A DNA stretch of 61,540 bases, filler included, from Sphacelaria rigidula (Eukaryota): the NCBI GenBank assembly GCA_964200075.2. It is 4 parts of 4 records of this genome, joined end to end, with 100 filler letters (N's around TTAATTAATTAA, not from the genome) between each part and the next. Parts side by side here need not be neighbours in the genome. Positions count along the whole stretch, not along the records: positions 30,823 to 46,131 come from CAXNAA020001802.1; positions 46,232 to 61,540 come from CAXNAA020001803.1; 2 more parts are not named here. One strand, written 5' to 3'. Positions 38,328 through 47,635 of this stretch are shown piece by piece. Below the pieces are notes generated by a model. The model ran no database searches. It saw only the letters and a list, made by a program, of their open reading frames with translations, and was not told the DNA's origin. How positions within the stretch are numbered: the first letter of the stretch is position 1; every line of letters starts with the position of its first letter. Made by a program: the position numbers and the translations under genes.

Positions 38328-39540
38328 ACTAAGTTTTGAGAGTAATGATATCAACATCGTCGTCCGTGTAATACAAAACGCATTCTCAATCAACGACATC
38401 GTCGTCCGTGAAGTGTCAAAAGCATTCGCGGAAGACGACATCGTTGTTCGTGTTAGCCGGGAAGTAAAAGGTTGTCACGGAGGACGGCACATACACGCTT
38501 TCGGGGAGGAAGTCCACCGCGAAGCAGACTAAGTTTTGAGAGTAATGATATCAACATCGTCGTCCGTGCAATACTAAACGCATTATCGATCTACGACATC
38601 GTTGTCCATGTTAGCCGGGAAGTGGAGTTTTGAGAGTAATGATATCAACATCGTCGTCCGTGCAATACTAAACGCATTCTCGATCTACGACATCGTCGTC
38701 CGTGGAGTGTTGAAAGCATTCTCGATCAACAACATCGTTGTCCGTGTTATCCGGGAAGTGGAGTTTTGAGTTGAGAGTAATGATATCAACATCGTCGTCC
38801 GTGCAATACCAAACGCATTTTCGATCTACGACATCGTCGTCCGTGGAGTGTCGAAAGCATTCTTGATCAACAACATCGTTGTCCGTGTTAGCCGGGAAGT
38901 GGAAGGTCACGAAGGACGGCACATACACGCTTCCGGGGAGAAAGTCCACCGCGAAGCAGACTGAGTTTCGAGATTGGAAGTTGGGATTTACGATCCGTTC
39001 AGTAATGACATTAACATCGTCGTCCGTGCAATACAAAACGCATTCTCGATCTACGACATTGTTGTCCGTGCAGAGTCGAAAGCAATATTCGGAGACGACA
39101 TCGTTGTCCATGTTAGCCGGGAAGTGGAGTTTTGAGAGTAATGACATTAGCATCGTCGTCCGTGTAATACCAAACGCATTTTCGATCTACGACATCGTCG
39201 TCCGTGGAGTGTTGAAAGCATTCTCGGGTGACGACATCGTTGTCCGTGTTAGCCGGGAAGTGGAAGGTTGTCACGAAGGACGGCACATACACGCTTTCGG
39301 GGAGGAAGTACACCGTGAAGCAGACTAAGTTTCGAGATTGGAAGTTGGGATTTCCGATCCGTTCAGTAATGACATTAACATCGTCGTCCGTGTAGTCCAA
39401 ACGCATTCTCGATCAACGACATGGTCGTCCGTGAAGTTTCAAAAGCATTCTCGGGTGACGACATCGTTGTCCGTGTAGTACATTATAATCAGTGTTTTCC
39501 AGAAAGCATTCCTCAGCAATAACATGGTCGACCGTGTTGC
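38259..39540. repeat. Hierarchical repeat array (collagen 3'-end copies alternating with blocks of 42-bp units)
   Basis: Block A (collagen 3' end) at ~38259, 38459, 38894, 39254; deleted A at ~38617, 38753, 39119. Block B (AGTAATGA...) at 38341, 38541, 38635, 38776, 39001, 39137, 39365, each with 2-3 ACATCGTYGTCCGTG units 42 bp apart. Confidence 0.92.
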
Positions 39541-39565
39541 AGTGTGAAAGCAACAATTTGTGCAA

Positions 39566-40537
39566 TCATAGACCCATATGAAACGCAGAGACAAGGTGTC
39601 CAACGGCTAACTTGTCAGATCCTCCGGCAGAGAGATTGTACTCGATGTTGGACAACTCGTCTAGCAAAATGCCGAGTCGGGCCTGGTCATGGGCAAAAGC
39701 CTCGAGCACCTTCGGGGCAAGAGCCGATACAATGTCGACCACGGCGTATCCTTTCTCGTTCACTCTCAATGTGATGGAGTCGAACGACTCTTTGAACGAC
39801 CTCTCCGACAACACCGACAAGAAATCATCGATATCGGTCGGCACGGGACGCCCCGCGAGCTTGTAGAAACACTCTGCGGTTAAGACGAACTTAGAGTCTA
39901 CACACCCGAGGAGAGAGGCCGACTGCAGTAAATTTATGACCCGACGGGCGTCTCCCCCTGAAAGGTCCAAAACGGCGTCGACGGCCCCTTCTGCGAAAGG
40001 CAAGCCTTCGTTTTCACCAATCCGCGAGACCATGTCCCTGAGCGAGTCACTGTCGATCCCTTCGAACCGAAGTTTAGTACACCGGGACTGCAACGGGGCG
40101 CTGATCTTGCTGACGTAGTTGCAGCACAAGCAAAACCTCACGTCGGCACTTGACTTCTCCATGATCCGCCTCAGAGCCGACTGAGCGTCCACGGTAAGAG
40201 CATCGGCCTCGTCGAGGATCACGAGCTTTACACGTAGGTCGCAAAAAGAATGTGCCTGGACGAAGGAAAGGATCTTCCCCGTAACGACCTCGATTCCTCT
40301 TTCATCCGAAGCGTTCACTTCCATCACCATAAGCCTCAGGGCATTACCGTAATATTCTTTAGCCATGGCCAAAATCGTCGACGTCTTCCCAGTCCCGGGT
40401 GGACCAAAAAACAAGAGGTGTGGAATACCAGAAATACCGCGAAACTTCTTGAGCACAGACATTATGTTTGGATGCCCTCTGACGTCCGAAATCGTAGTCG
40501 GTCGGTACTTCTCCACCCAGGGCAAATGTGACGACAT
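39566..40537 (-). CDS. Replication factor C small subunit (clamp loader AAA+)
   Basis: LPWVEKYRP, HLLFFGPPGTGKTS (Walker A), EVNASDERGI, VILDEADALT, LQSRC. Intronless. Confidence 0.96.
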   Translation of the reverse strand: MSSHLPWVEKYRPTTISDVRGHPNIMSVLKKFRGISGIPHLLFFGPPGTGKTSTILAMAKEYYGNALRLMVMEVNASDERGIEVVTGKILSFVQAHSFCDLRVKLVILDEADALTVDAQSALRRIMEKSSADVRFCLCCNYVSKISAPLQSRCTKLRFEGIDSDSLRDMVSRIGENEGLPFAEGAVDAVLDLSGGDARRVINLLQSASLLGCVDSKFVLTAECFYKLAGRPVPTDIDDFLSVLSERSFKESFDSITLRVNEKGYAVVDIVSALAPKVLEAFAHDQARLGILLDELSNIEYNLSAGGSDKLAVGHLVSAFHMGL

Positions 40538-40724
40538 CCTCGAAGAACCGACAAAACAAAAGAATTTATCACCAAGCGGAGCAAAAGCTGAGAACACTGA
40601 GAAAAACGTCCAGACACAACGGTAGCACAAGTTTCAAAATGAACCGTCCACAGTCGGGGGGAAAGAGAATTTACATAGGATTAAACTGAGAATAAAGGAA
40701 GTGCACAACAAGTAAACATATACC

Positions 40725-41363
40725 TCAATCGCAGAGCTCGTACACGTAAGAAAAATGAGAAACCCTCGTTTCCAACGTACACGTGTGGCACTCACAAAAC
40801 GAACGCATGGCATCCATCTTGTTGCGTTGCGCACCATCGTTCTTCTGAGAGACTACCAAGTGGCGACGACAGCTTTTCTGCTTACAGATACACTCCCAAG
40901 CAACGGGCGCCATCTCGACGATGAGAGAGATGGGCTCTCTACAGAACGGGCACTCCGCAACCTTCCCGTTTTTAGAGAGCTGAAGCGCGATCCTCATGGC
41001 GCACACAGCACATACACACTTGTGAGCCTTTTCGCCATGGATTAAGTACGTGTCAACCTTCCGTTCGGTGCACAAGCTGCATATTTCAAGGTTTTGGTCT
41101 TCTCTGCAGTTGTCCCCCGCCAGTTCGAAGCACTTGTCATGAGACGCCTCCATCGCCGCAGCGACTTGTTCGACGCCAAAGTTGGTTTTGACGTCGGAGT
41201 ACGCCAATCCTGACCTGAAGAACTCCTGCCGCGCGTCATCTACCGCCTTCTTTCTTCGCAAGTTCCTGAAACCTTTTCTGAGGAACCAGAAAAAGAATTG
41301 CGTCCTGATGATGTGGGCGACTTTGACGGTGTATAGCCGGGTTGCTCGGCTGTCGATCGGCAT
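40725..41363 (-). CDS. RING-finger protein (MDM2-like C2H2C4 spacing), putative E3 ligase
   Basis: C-x2-C-x10-H-x4-H-x3-C-x2-C-x16-C-x2-C (CSLC...IHGEKAHKCVCAVC...CPFCREPI), plus an additional Cys-rich C-terminus. Confidence 0.82.
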   Translation of the reverse strand: MPIDSRATRLYTVKVAHIIRTQFFFWFLRKGFRNLRRKKAVDDARQEFFRSGLAYSDVKTNFGVEQVAAAMEASHDKCFELAGDNCREDQNLEICSLCTERKVDTYLIHGEKAHKCVCAVCAMRIALQLSKNGKVAECPFCREPISLIVEMAPVAWECICKQKSCRRHLVVSQKNDGAQRNKMDAMRSFCECHTCTLETRVSHFSYVYELCD

Positions 41364-41584
41364 TATATGAAAATTCTGATAATCTTGGTCGAGGTGAGGA
41401 GTGAGGCTTGTGGGGCCTGACGGGTAAAAAAAAAAACAAATCGGACCAGATAATTATTTTATGAAAGATCCATCATTATTTTTTTACATGAGAAGACTAC
41501 CTTTAGTTTAAAAAAAAACGCCACCCTACCCTCGAAACCCTTTTTTTCGGATCTAACACTAGGTTACACTTATTGACGACACCA

Positions 41585-42220
41585 ATGTCCCTTCGGACAC
41601 GGAAACACTACGCGGAATTCCCCGTCCAAATCCGACAACACTTGCAGCTACGCGAAAATTGCCGACACGTATACGTGGTTGACAACCTCTGCGTAGCTGT
41701 TTCGGACGGAGTCCTCTACATCTTTCGGCGCGACAAAGTCTCCGTCTATGCTTCAACCCCGCTTAACTTCCACGAAGTCCGACACCGAATCCGCCGGGTT
41801 ACATCCGTTTCTCCCCCTGGGAAGACAACGTTTGTGGTCTTCGAAGCATCAGCGTCCCCCACGACTTCTCTAGATTTGCCATGTACGACATCTTCTTCGT
41901 CGACGATTATTACGACTTCTCCGACTCCAACATCTTCTTCAACATGCTTGAGATTGGACTTTCTTCACTTCAACTTGTCCAAATGTCTTCCTTTTGGAAC
42001 CGTCCTGAACGTTTTCGACCCTGACATCCACCGCGACTTCATCGTCAAGGTTTGCCCTTTCACCGATGGTTTCACGCTTACGTTCTACTTCAAGGCCTGT
42101 GGGAAGTGCCTTGTTGTGTGCGATTCCACTCAAACGCAACAAGCACTAAGCGTGGAGGCCTTCAAGTGTCGCGCACATCACGTCATGAAGTCGTTTGAAC
42201 ACGTGGTCCGCTGGGAGTAG
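41585..42220 (+). CDS. Hypothetical viral protein
   Basis: ~211-aa ORF with an S/T-rich linker, divergent from the RING gene across an AT-rich spacer. Confidence 0.55.
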   Translation: MSLRTRKHYAEFPVQIRQHLQLRENCRHVYVVDNLCVAVSDGVLYIFRRDKVSVYASTPLNFHEVRHRIRRVTSVSPPGKTTFVVFEASASPTTSLDLPCTTSSSSTIITTSPTPTSSSTCLRLDFLHFNLSKCLPFGTVLNVFDPDIHRDFIVKVCPFTDGFTLTFYFKACGKCLVVCDSTQTQQALSVEAFKCRAHHVMKSFEHVVRWE

Positions 42221-43505
42221 AAAGGTGGATGAAACACACCCTCATCATGGGAGGAAACCCCTTGGTGCGGTGAAACACACTCTTTGTCGCCATTCTTTCT
42301 GCCATCTCGTTGTCCATCCCTGATGTCGTCACCAAGTGGTGCGTTTGCCACGCGAGGTGGTTCTGGTTCAGGAATTCCTTTTCTCTCACACGTCTCGCTA
42401 TTTCGACCGGGTTGCCTTCCTGCCGGAGGACGAAGTCTTCAAAGTCGTCAGGGTTGTAGTTTATGGCTTCCTCCGCGCACATGGCGACGGCAAGGGCTTT
42501 CCTGGCCGAAATCGTCAGTGTATTTCCTTTGTGTAGCATATAGTTGTTCAAGTCCGTGATGCGCCTGGAGAGCTCGTTTTTGCCGTCCGCGTGTTGCCGA
42601 GTCAGCTCGTAGAAGTGAAGACCGTCGTGGAGGTGGTGCTTAAAGACGTAGTAGGGTTTGCACTTGTGCCCGGGGGTTGCGTCGTACCGGAAGTCCAGAA
42701 GCCCGAGCTTTCTCATGTAGGTGAGCATGGCCGCGTAGTCGTACAGGCGCTGGGCGACGACGTTGGTTTTCGTGAACGCCTTGACTCTTTTTTCTAACGT
42801 GTCGCCGAACACGTCTTCTCGCGACCCGAGGTTTTCCACCATGTCTCTCAAGACCACCTGGTCTCGAAGAACCGAGTCAACCCTCGCCGGGGTTTGCCAT
42901 AGGATGTCGACGAACTTGAAGTAGATGTCCTGAATCCTTCTGCCCCTCTGCTCGTGCTTGCGTAGCTCGGCCCTGAAAGCCCTGGAAAACCTCGCACTAG
43001 TCTTCTTCTCAAGCTCGCCGTTAGGGTGTTGCTCGAGAGCAACCTGGCGTACGTGGCTGAGCAACACCAAGAATGACCTCCCTTTCTGCTCCTTCACAAG
43101 AAGACTGTTGTTTTTCTGGACCTTGTAGTCCAGGAAGAAGTTGAAGCATGCCCGGTTTAGGTTCACCACCTTGAAGACGTTTTTTTTGGAGCACCTCTTG
43201 CAGACCAGCACGTCGTAGAATCTGTTGGTCTCGAGGTTGAACCACAGTCGGCACGAGACACACGTGTGTTGGACTTTCGAAGCTCGGACCATGAGGGCGG
43301 TCGTGCCGAAAGACTTCCCCCACAAGAGTCTCGGCACGACGAGGTTGCAATGCCTCGTCATGATAGACTTCCACACCATGTTGCTCCTGTCGTCGAGAAC
43401 CTCCCGGAAGCCACGGCAGACGCCGCGTAGGACGTGGAGATACGGATGCGCCGTAAACCCGAACGTGCACATGAGAATCGGGACCGGCATTTCCGAGAGC
43501 GCCAT
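42183..43505 (-). CDS. F-box protein with XPA-like zinc-binding region
   Basis: N-terminal LSEMPVPILMCTFGF...LHVLRGVCRGFREVLDD...VWK (F-box pattern), then CVSC...FYDVLVCKRC...FKVVNLNRACFNFFL...LVLLSHVRQVALEQH. Confidence 0.72.
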   Translation of the reverse strand: MALSEMPVPILMCTFGFTAHPYLHVLRGVCRGFREVLDDRSNMVWKSIMTRHCNLVVPRLLWGKSFGTTALMVRASKVQHTCVSCRLWFNLETNRFYDVLVCKRCSKKNVFKVVNLNRACFNFFLDYKVQKNNSLLVKEQKGRSFLVLLSHVRQVALEQHPNGELEKKTSARFSRAFRAELRKHEQRGRRIQDIYFKFVDILWQTPARVDSVLRDQVVLRDMVENLGSREDVFGDTLEKRVKAFTKTNVVAQRLYDYAAMLTYMRKLGLLDFRYDATPGHKCKPYYVFKHHLHDGLHFYELTRQHADGKNELSRRITDLNNYMLHKGNTLTISARKALAVAMCAEEAINYNPDDFEDFVLRQEGNPVEIARRVREKEFLNQNHLAWQTHHLVTTSGMDNEMAERMATKSVFHRTKGFPPMMRVCFIHLSTPSGPRVQTTS

Positions 43506-43598
43506 AACCCCGGAAAACAACAGGAATGAAAACAATCACCACAGCACGCCAAGACACTCTGTTCGGTCTACATTGTAGATAGAGCACCCCCACCGTCA

Positions 43599-45560
43599 TC
43601 AATACGAAACTCTTGGTGCCAAGCCGAGGGTGTCGGAGACAAGCCAGAAGTCCCGCATGTACTCACGGATAAGCGTCTCCGGGTAGAAGCACTTGATGAC
43701 GTTCTCGTAGACGTACGAAGAGCTTACCGTTGTCACGTTCGAGAACTTTCGAAGATACTTCTTTACCGCCGGTCTCTGAGCCGATAACTTGTTCTCCTTT
43801 TGGAATCCCTTGAGGAGAGTCTTCACGTGGTCGTACATGCGACACAACTTGGACATGGCAGGAAGCCTTCCGAAGTAAAAGATGTCGCACACGTCGTTGG
43901 TGTGATACCTGTGCTTCTTCTTCCCGTAGCCAAACTCGACATCACACTTCCCGCACCCCCTTCCTCCGCCCGGGTGGACATGATGGGCCGATCCGTTGAT
44001 GACGATAGTGTCGTCCGAAATGTGCTCGAGGCTGTTTCTCATGAGACGTCCGAAGTTGTCGACAACGGCGTCTCCGCGGAGACGAACGTACACGTCGTAC
44101 GTCTTGGACGTCGACTGGGTCAACTCGAAGCACTTCTTGATGGAATACAGCTGTGACCCGATGCACTTCGTAAAGTCTTTCGTGGTCTGCACCTGGGCGA
44201 AATTGGTGTAGTAGAGGTCTACCCCAGGCTGCCGGAAGGAAAACGTGTCGAACAACTCGTCGTGGTTTTCCACGACCATGCGCACGGGTTTTAGGATGGA
44301 CTCTGCCACCGCGTGGTTCTTAGGGTCGGGGTTCTTGCCGACGTCAATCCACTCCACATCTCCTCTCTGTCCGCCGTCCGTCCACGTGTGGACGAAAATG
44401 TCGACGTCTGGGAATTCTTCCACAAAACTCGTCCAGAACTTCTCTCTTCTCGCGAAGTTGCGTAGGTGCCCCGATAGCATGAGAGCTACCTTGGGTTGAC
44501 GGCGATTCCCAAGTTTTGCAGTGTCAGTCTTGAGCAGAGCTTTAAAAAGGCGAGATGTCGGAACGTTTCCGGTCAAGGCTGCGTCGTGGAGGACAGTGCG
44601 GTCGAAGAGCTCGACCCAGTTCGGAGGGAGCTTGACCACATCCGGTGGGTCAGAGGGAAAGCCAAAGAGGGACGGGAAGTCGAGGGACATACGATGAAGC
44701 TGAGCGGGACTTGTAGGCCAGAGGCCCCGGCGAACTAAGAATTCCAGCGTCAACGTCTTGCTCAAGAAAATAGCGTACTCGACGACGCGATGGGACCCGA
44801 TCGGGGAAGACACCTGCGAGAGCTGCGTCAACTGTACAGCGAGAGGAGAGTCGACGCTCGCGTATCCGTACCCACGAATGATTGTCCTTGCCCTCTCGAC
44901 GCTCCTTCTCGCCCCTGTGTTGTGGAAGTGGACGTAGCACAGGTTGCTCAGTTGTGTCGCACCCCTCGACACCCTGCCGTTGTGGCACCCGTTGACTGTG
45001 GACACGAAAGCGTCGGACCGGAAGAAACACTTCTTGGGTCTCGCCGGAGACTTCTCAAAGTGTACGATGTCCGTCGCCGGACGCTCGACTTGCTGGTCCG
45101 AGTACTTGGCGCTCGAGGGGTCCGGGACGGAGTTGAAATAGGTGACAACGTGGAACTTGGAAGCGTCGCGGCGCAGACCCGCAAAGTAAGCCCGGAAACG
45201 GTTCCTTAAGTACGGCACGGTAGTCTTGTCGGGATCCATCTCCAAGAAATCCGGGAACTGGATGAACTCGTCGGTGTCGAGCCCTACCATGAACTTGCAC
45301 TGACTGCTGTACTTCTGCATGTACTTGGTGAAGGCTTCCCCTTGGGAGGTGCCTCGGTAGCTGGAGTGGCGCTCAACGACGACCCCCAGGCGTCGGAATT
45401 TTCGGTACAAAGCAAGCACGACCTTGCAGTCGGAGTCGTTGTCAATCAAGATGACGTTCGAGTACCCGAAAATGGATCCGTGATATGTGACAAAGTCATC
45501 GATCAGATCAATTTCGTTCTTTGTGACGGTGAATATCTTCACGATCTCTTTCTTCTTCAT
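43599..45560 (-). CDS. Two-domain glycosyltransferase (GT-A fold N-domain plus second GT-like domain)
   Basis: TVTKNEIDLIDDFVTYH...ILIDNDS...LDTDEFI (DxD). Second domain KVALMLSGHLRNF...DIFVHTW...YDVYVRLRGD. Confidence 0.85.
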   Translation of the reverse strand: MKKKEIVKIFTVTKNEIDLIDDFVTYHGSIFGYSNVILIDNDSDCKVVLALYRKFRRLGVVVERHSSYRGTSQGEAFTKYMQKYSSQCKFMVGLDTDEFIQFPDFLEMDPDKTTVPYLRNRFRAYFAGLRRDASKFHVVTYFNSVPDPSSAKYSDQQVERPATDIVHFEKSPARPKKCFFRSDAFVSTVNGCHNGRVSRGATQLSNLCYVHFHNTGARRSVERARTIIRGYGYASVDSPLAVQLTQLSQVSSPIGSHRVVEYAIFLSKTLTLEFLVRRGLWPTSPAQLHRMSLDFPSLFGFPSDPPDVVKLPPNWVELFDRTVLHDAALTGNVPTSRLFKALLKTDTAKLGNRRQPKVALMLSGHLRNFARREKFWTSFVEEFPDVDIFVHTWTDGGQRGDVEWIDVGKNPDPKNHAVAESILKPVRMVVENHDELFDTFSFRQPGVDLYYTNFAQVQTTKDFTKCIGSQLYSIKKCFELTQSTSKTYDVYVRLRGDAVVDNFGRLMRNSLEHISDDTIVINGSAHHVHPGGGRGCGKCDVEFGYGKKKHRYHTNDVCDIFYFGRLPAMSKLCRMYDHVKTLLKGFQKENKLSAQRPAVKKYLRKFSNVTTVSSSYVYENVIKCFYPETLIREYMRDFWLVSDTLGLAPRVSY

Positions 45561-45598
45561 ATCTTGAGGTTAGGTTTCATGACACATAAAAAACGAGC

Positions 45599-45754
45599 CT
45601 ACATTTCCGGACCATTGGCGACGACATCAGCCTCACGATCACGCATCAGGTCTTCCATGACATTGTCGTTCTCATCATCCTCTTCATTTGTGTCTCCTTC
45701 GACGTCTTCTTTGTCGATATAATCTTCGTTGTGGTCGATATAGTCTTCTTCACG
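45599..45754 (-). pseudogene. 3' remnant of an acidic protein gene, apparently interrupted by the TnpB/Fanzor element
   Basis: REEDYIDHNEDYIDKEDVEGDTNEEDDENDNVMEDLMRDREADVVANGPEM*. Frame is closed a few codons upstream with no start codon. Confidence 0.55.
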
Positions 45755-46011
45755 CCTAGTAGAAAACCGCTAAAAGTGACACTCTCAACGGAAATCATTA
45801 CAGTAAACTATTTCGCTACGAATGCAAGCTATGCTTCCTAGAAGACTATCTCGAGATGTAGTCGGAAACAGGGAAGCAGGTCTACTTCTTGGTAAACACA
45901 GCCTGATCTACCCGACACCGCTCTTCTACCCTTCTCAGCAAAAGAATACTGCTGCAAGAGCACTTATTCAGTGCTACAGGAGCTAGGCCTCAAAGTCACC
46001 TTTCAGTGACG
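45740..46011 (-). ncRNA. Candidate omega-RNA (Fanzor/TnpB guide scaffold) and element right end
   Basis: Non-coding and directly 3' of the nuclease stop. Hairpins GTCACT-GAAA-GGTGAC (45995-46010), AGCACT-GAATA-AGTGCT (45959-45975), CAGCA..TGCTG (45936-45954); GTCGG..CCGAC (45861-45916) encloses two more stems. Confidence 0.6.
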
Positions 46012-46131
46012 CTAGTTTAGTACATGAACACCGGATTCTAACAGACTCTTCAGCAAGATATTGCGAGCTCCGTTCTCGTCACGATCTACGTGGAGACCAC
46101 ATCTCGAACACCTGTAAGTCTTGCTTCCCCC
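46012..46131 (-). CDS. tnpB: C-terminal 39 aa of a TnpB/Fanzor2-type RNA-guided endonuclease (cut by contig end)
   Basis: Manual translation from 46131: [39 protein letters not shown], i.e. second CxxC of the zinc ribbon plus RuvC-III DRDxNGARNI motif. Too short for the ORF track. Confidence 0.9.
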   Translation of the reverse strand, partial: GGSKTYRCSRCGLHVDRDENGARNILLKSLLESGVHVLN

Positions 46132-46231
46132 NNNNNNNNNNNNNNNNNNNNNNNNNNNNNNNNNNNNNNNNNNNNTTAATTAATTAANNNNNNNNNNNNN
46201 NNNNNNNNNNNNNNNNNNNNNNNNNNNNNNN
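46132..46231. other. Artificial contig linker
   Basis: N44-TTAATTAATTAA-N44. Confidence 0.97.
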
Positions 46232-46309
46232 GACACAATCCCGGGGAGCGGTTGATTCTCATTTCAAAATACGTTCTCATTTTTCTGGCAACCCTGTTCG
46301 AAATTGTTT

Positions 46310-46504
46310 TCCCACCTTGGACGCCAAGATTTTGGTGATCGAAATTCAAACTTGTAGTGCGTGTAGCAGTTGTCAAAAGCTACCAGTAGGTGAAGGAATG
46401 GAACCATATTTCGGAGATTTGGTGTGGATACGAATATTATAATCCTCCAGGTTTCTCACCCCCAATGAAAGATCCATCCCCAATTATTTGTAAGATCCCG
46501 TGTT
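46310..46504. mobile_element. Diverged arm of the 7848-8295 MITE family
   Basis: CGTGTAGCAGTTGTCAA...CCATATTTCG...TTTGTAAGATCCCGTGTT matches 8150-8295. Confidence 0.75.
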
Positions 46505-47635
46505 CCTATCATATCCACTTCGCCAGGTTTCACGTACAGAAAATAAATGGAAATCCCACAGGTTTTCATACTACTATGATAAGTCAAGAAAAAAACGTGC
46601 CGATTCGGGGGGAAATGTCGACGGTGCCTAAGGAAGAACGTACGAAGTAGAGCATATTCGGGTTTCGGTACGCTAGGTATCCTGAAATGAGCACCGAGTA
46701 CCTTTAGCAGGCGATGTCCTGCATATTATACCCTTACGAGCTGGGTCAGCCTAAAAACGGATTATTTAAGCTCTCAAAGCGATATCTCAACGATACAGAC
46801 GAGTTGGGCCGTGATCCGCATATCGTATTAATCGTCTAATAACGGGGAAGGTGCCCATCTGCTCAAAAATCTGGGCCAATTTTTTCTCGTTGATTAAACC
46901 CCATTTCTAGTCATTCCTATATCTAGCGGAGATGGCATCCACACTAAAATCTATATGAAACCGAACGATCGATTAAGCGGATGATGACGATTTTTGGTGT
47001 GGACCTTCGCTGGAGCACGGGAGACGATAGATACCCTCACATTCACCCAATACGTTATCTATCTGGACATATGGCGCACATAAATTTCCATACTAGAACC
47101 AGTATATTATGAGCAGAGGCACTAGATCCTAAATCTGGATATCGCGTCTCAGTTTTTGAGAGTTGTGCTATGAAATTTGGTATAGAGAACCGCTAGTGCA
47201 TAATGAATTTTAAAACCCAGCTTTTCAGGGGTTTTTTCTTTTTTTTTTTTTCATTTTTCTCGTGTTTCTAGGAGAGTTTTGAGAAAAGAACATTGCTCTT
47301 GGGCCTCATCTCAATTTTCCAGCTCAATTTTCAGATTTGTAATTCGAAACTTGACATGGAGAACGACAGTGGTATCCTGAGTAGAAAACAAAAATAGGCC
47401 TTCATTTTTTTTCATGAGAGATTCGGGCGTTCTCGTAAAAACACGGTCACCATACCAAAACGCCCTCATTCGGTGAAAAATAAAAATAAGAACCAACCTC
47501 CCCCGTTTTTCTTGGTTTATCATGACCTATCGAGGTCCCGCACAAAGTTTCAACCCACGAACACTGAACACCAAACGTGGGCCGATAAACGGCCTGCAAA
47601 ATACTGTTCCGAATTTCCGCCGGTCCGGTTTTTCA

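Larger units (their letters stand above)
30823..46131. other. Giant DNA virus (Nucleocytoviricota)-like contig, probably an endogenous viral element
   Basis: About 14 closely packed intronless ORFs with short AT-rich spacers and overlapping stops. Gene set (YqaJ, RFC, DUF5760-like, collagen, fibre-like, GT, TnpB/Fanzor) is typical of giant viruses. No host repeats or introns seen. Confidence 0.88.

Noticed and set aside
38341-39480. CRISPR-like array (constant core with ~11-nt variable segments)
   Set aside because: The variable segments are too short and recur in two classes; the array is hierarchical tandem duplication and no cas genes are seen.
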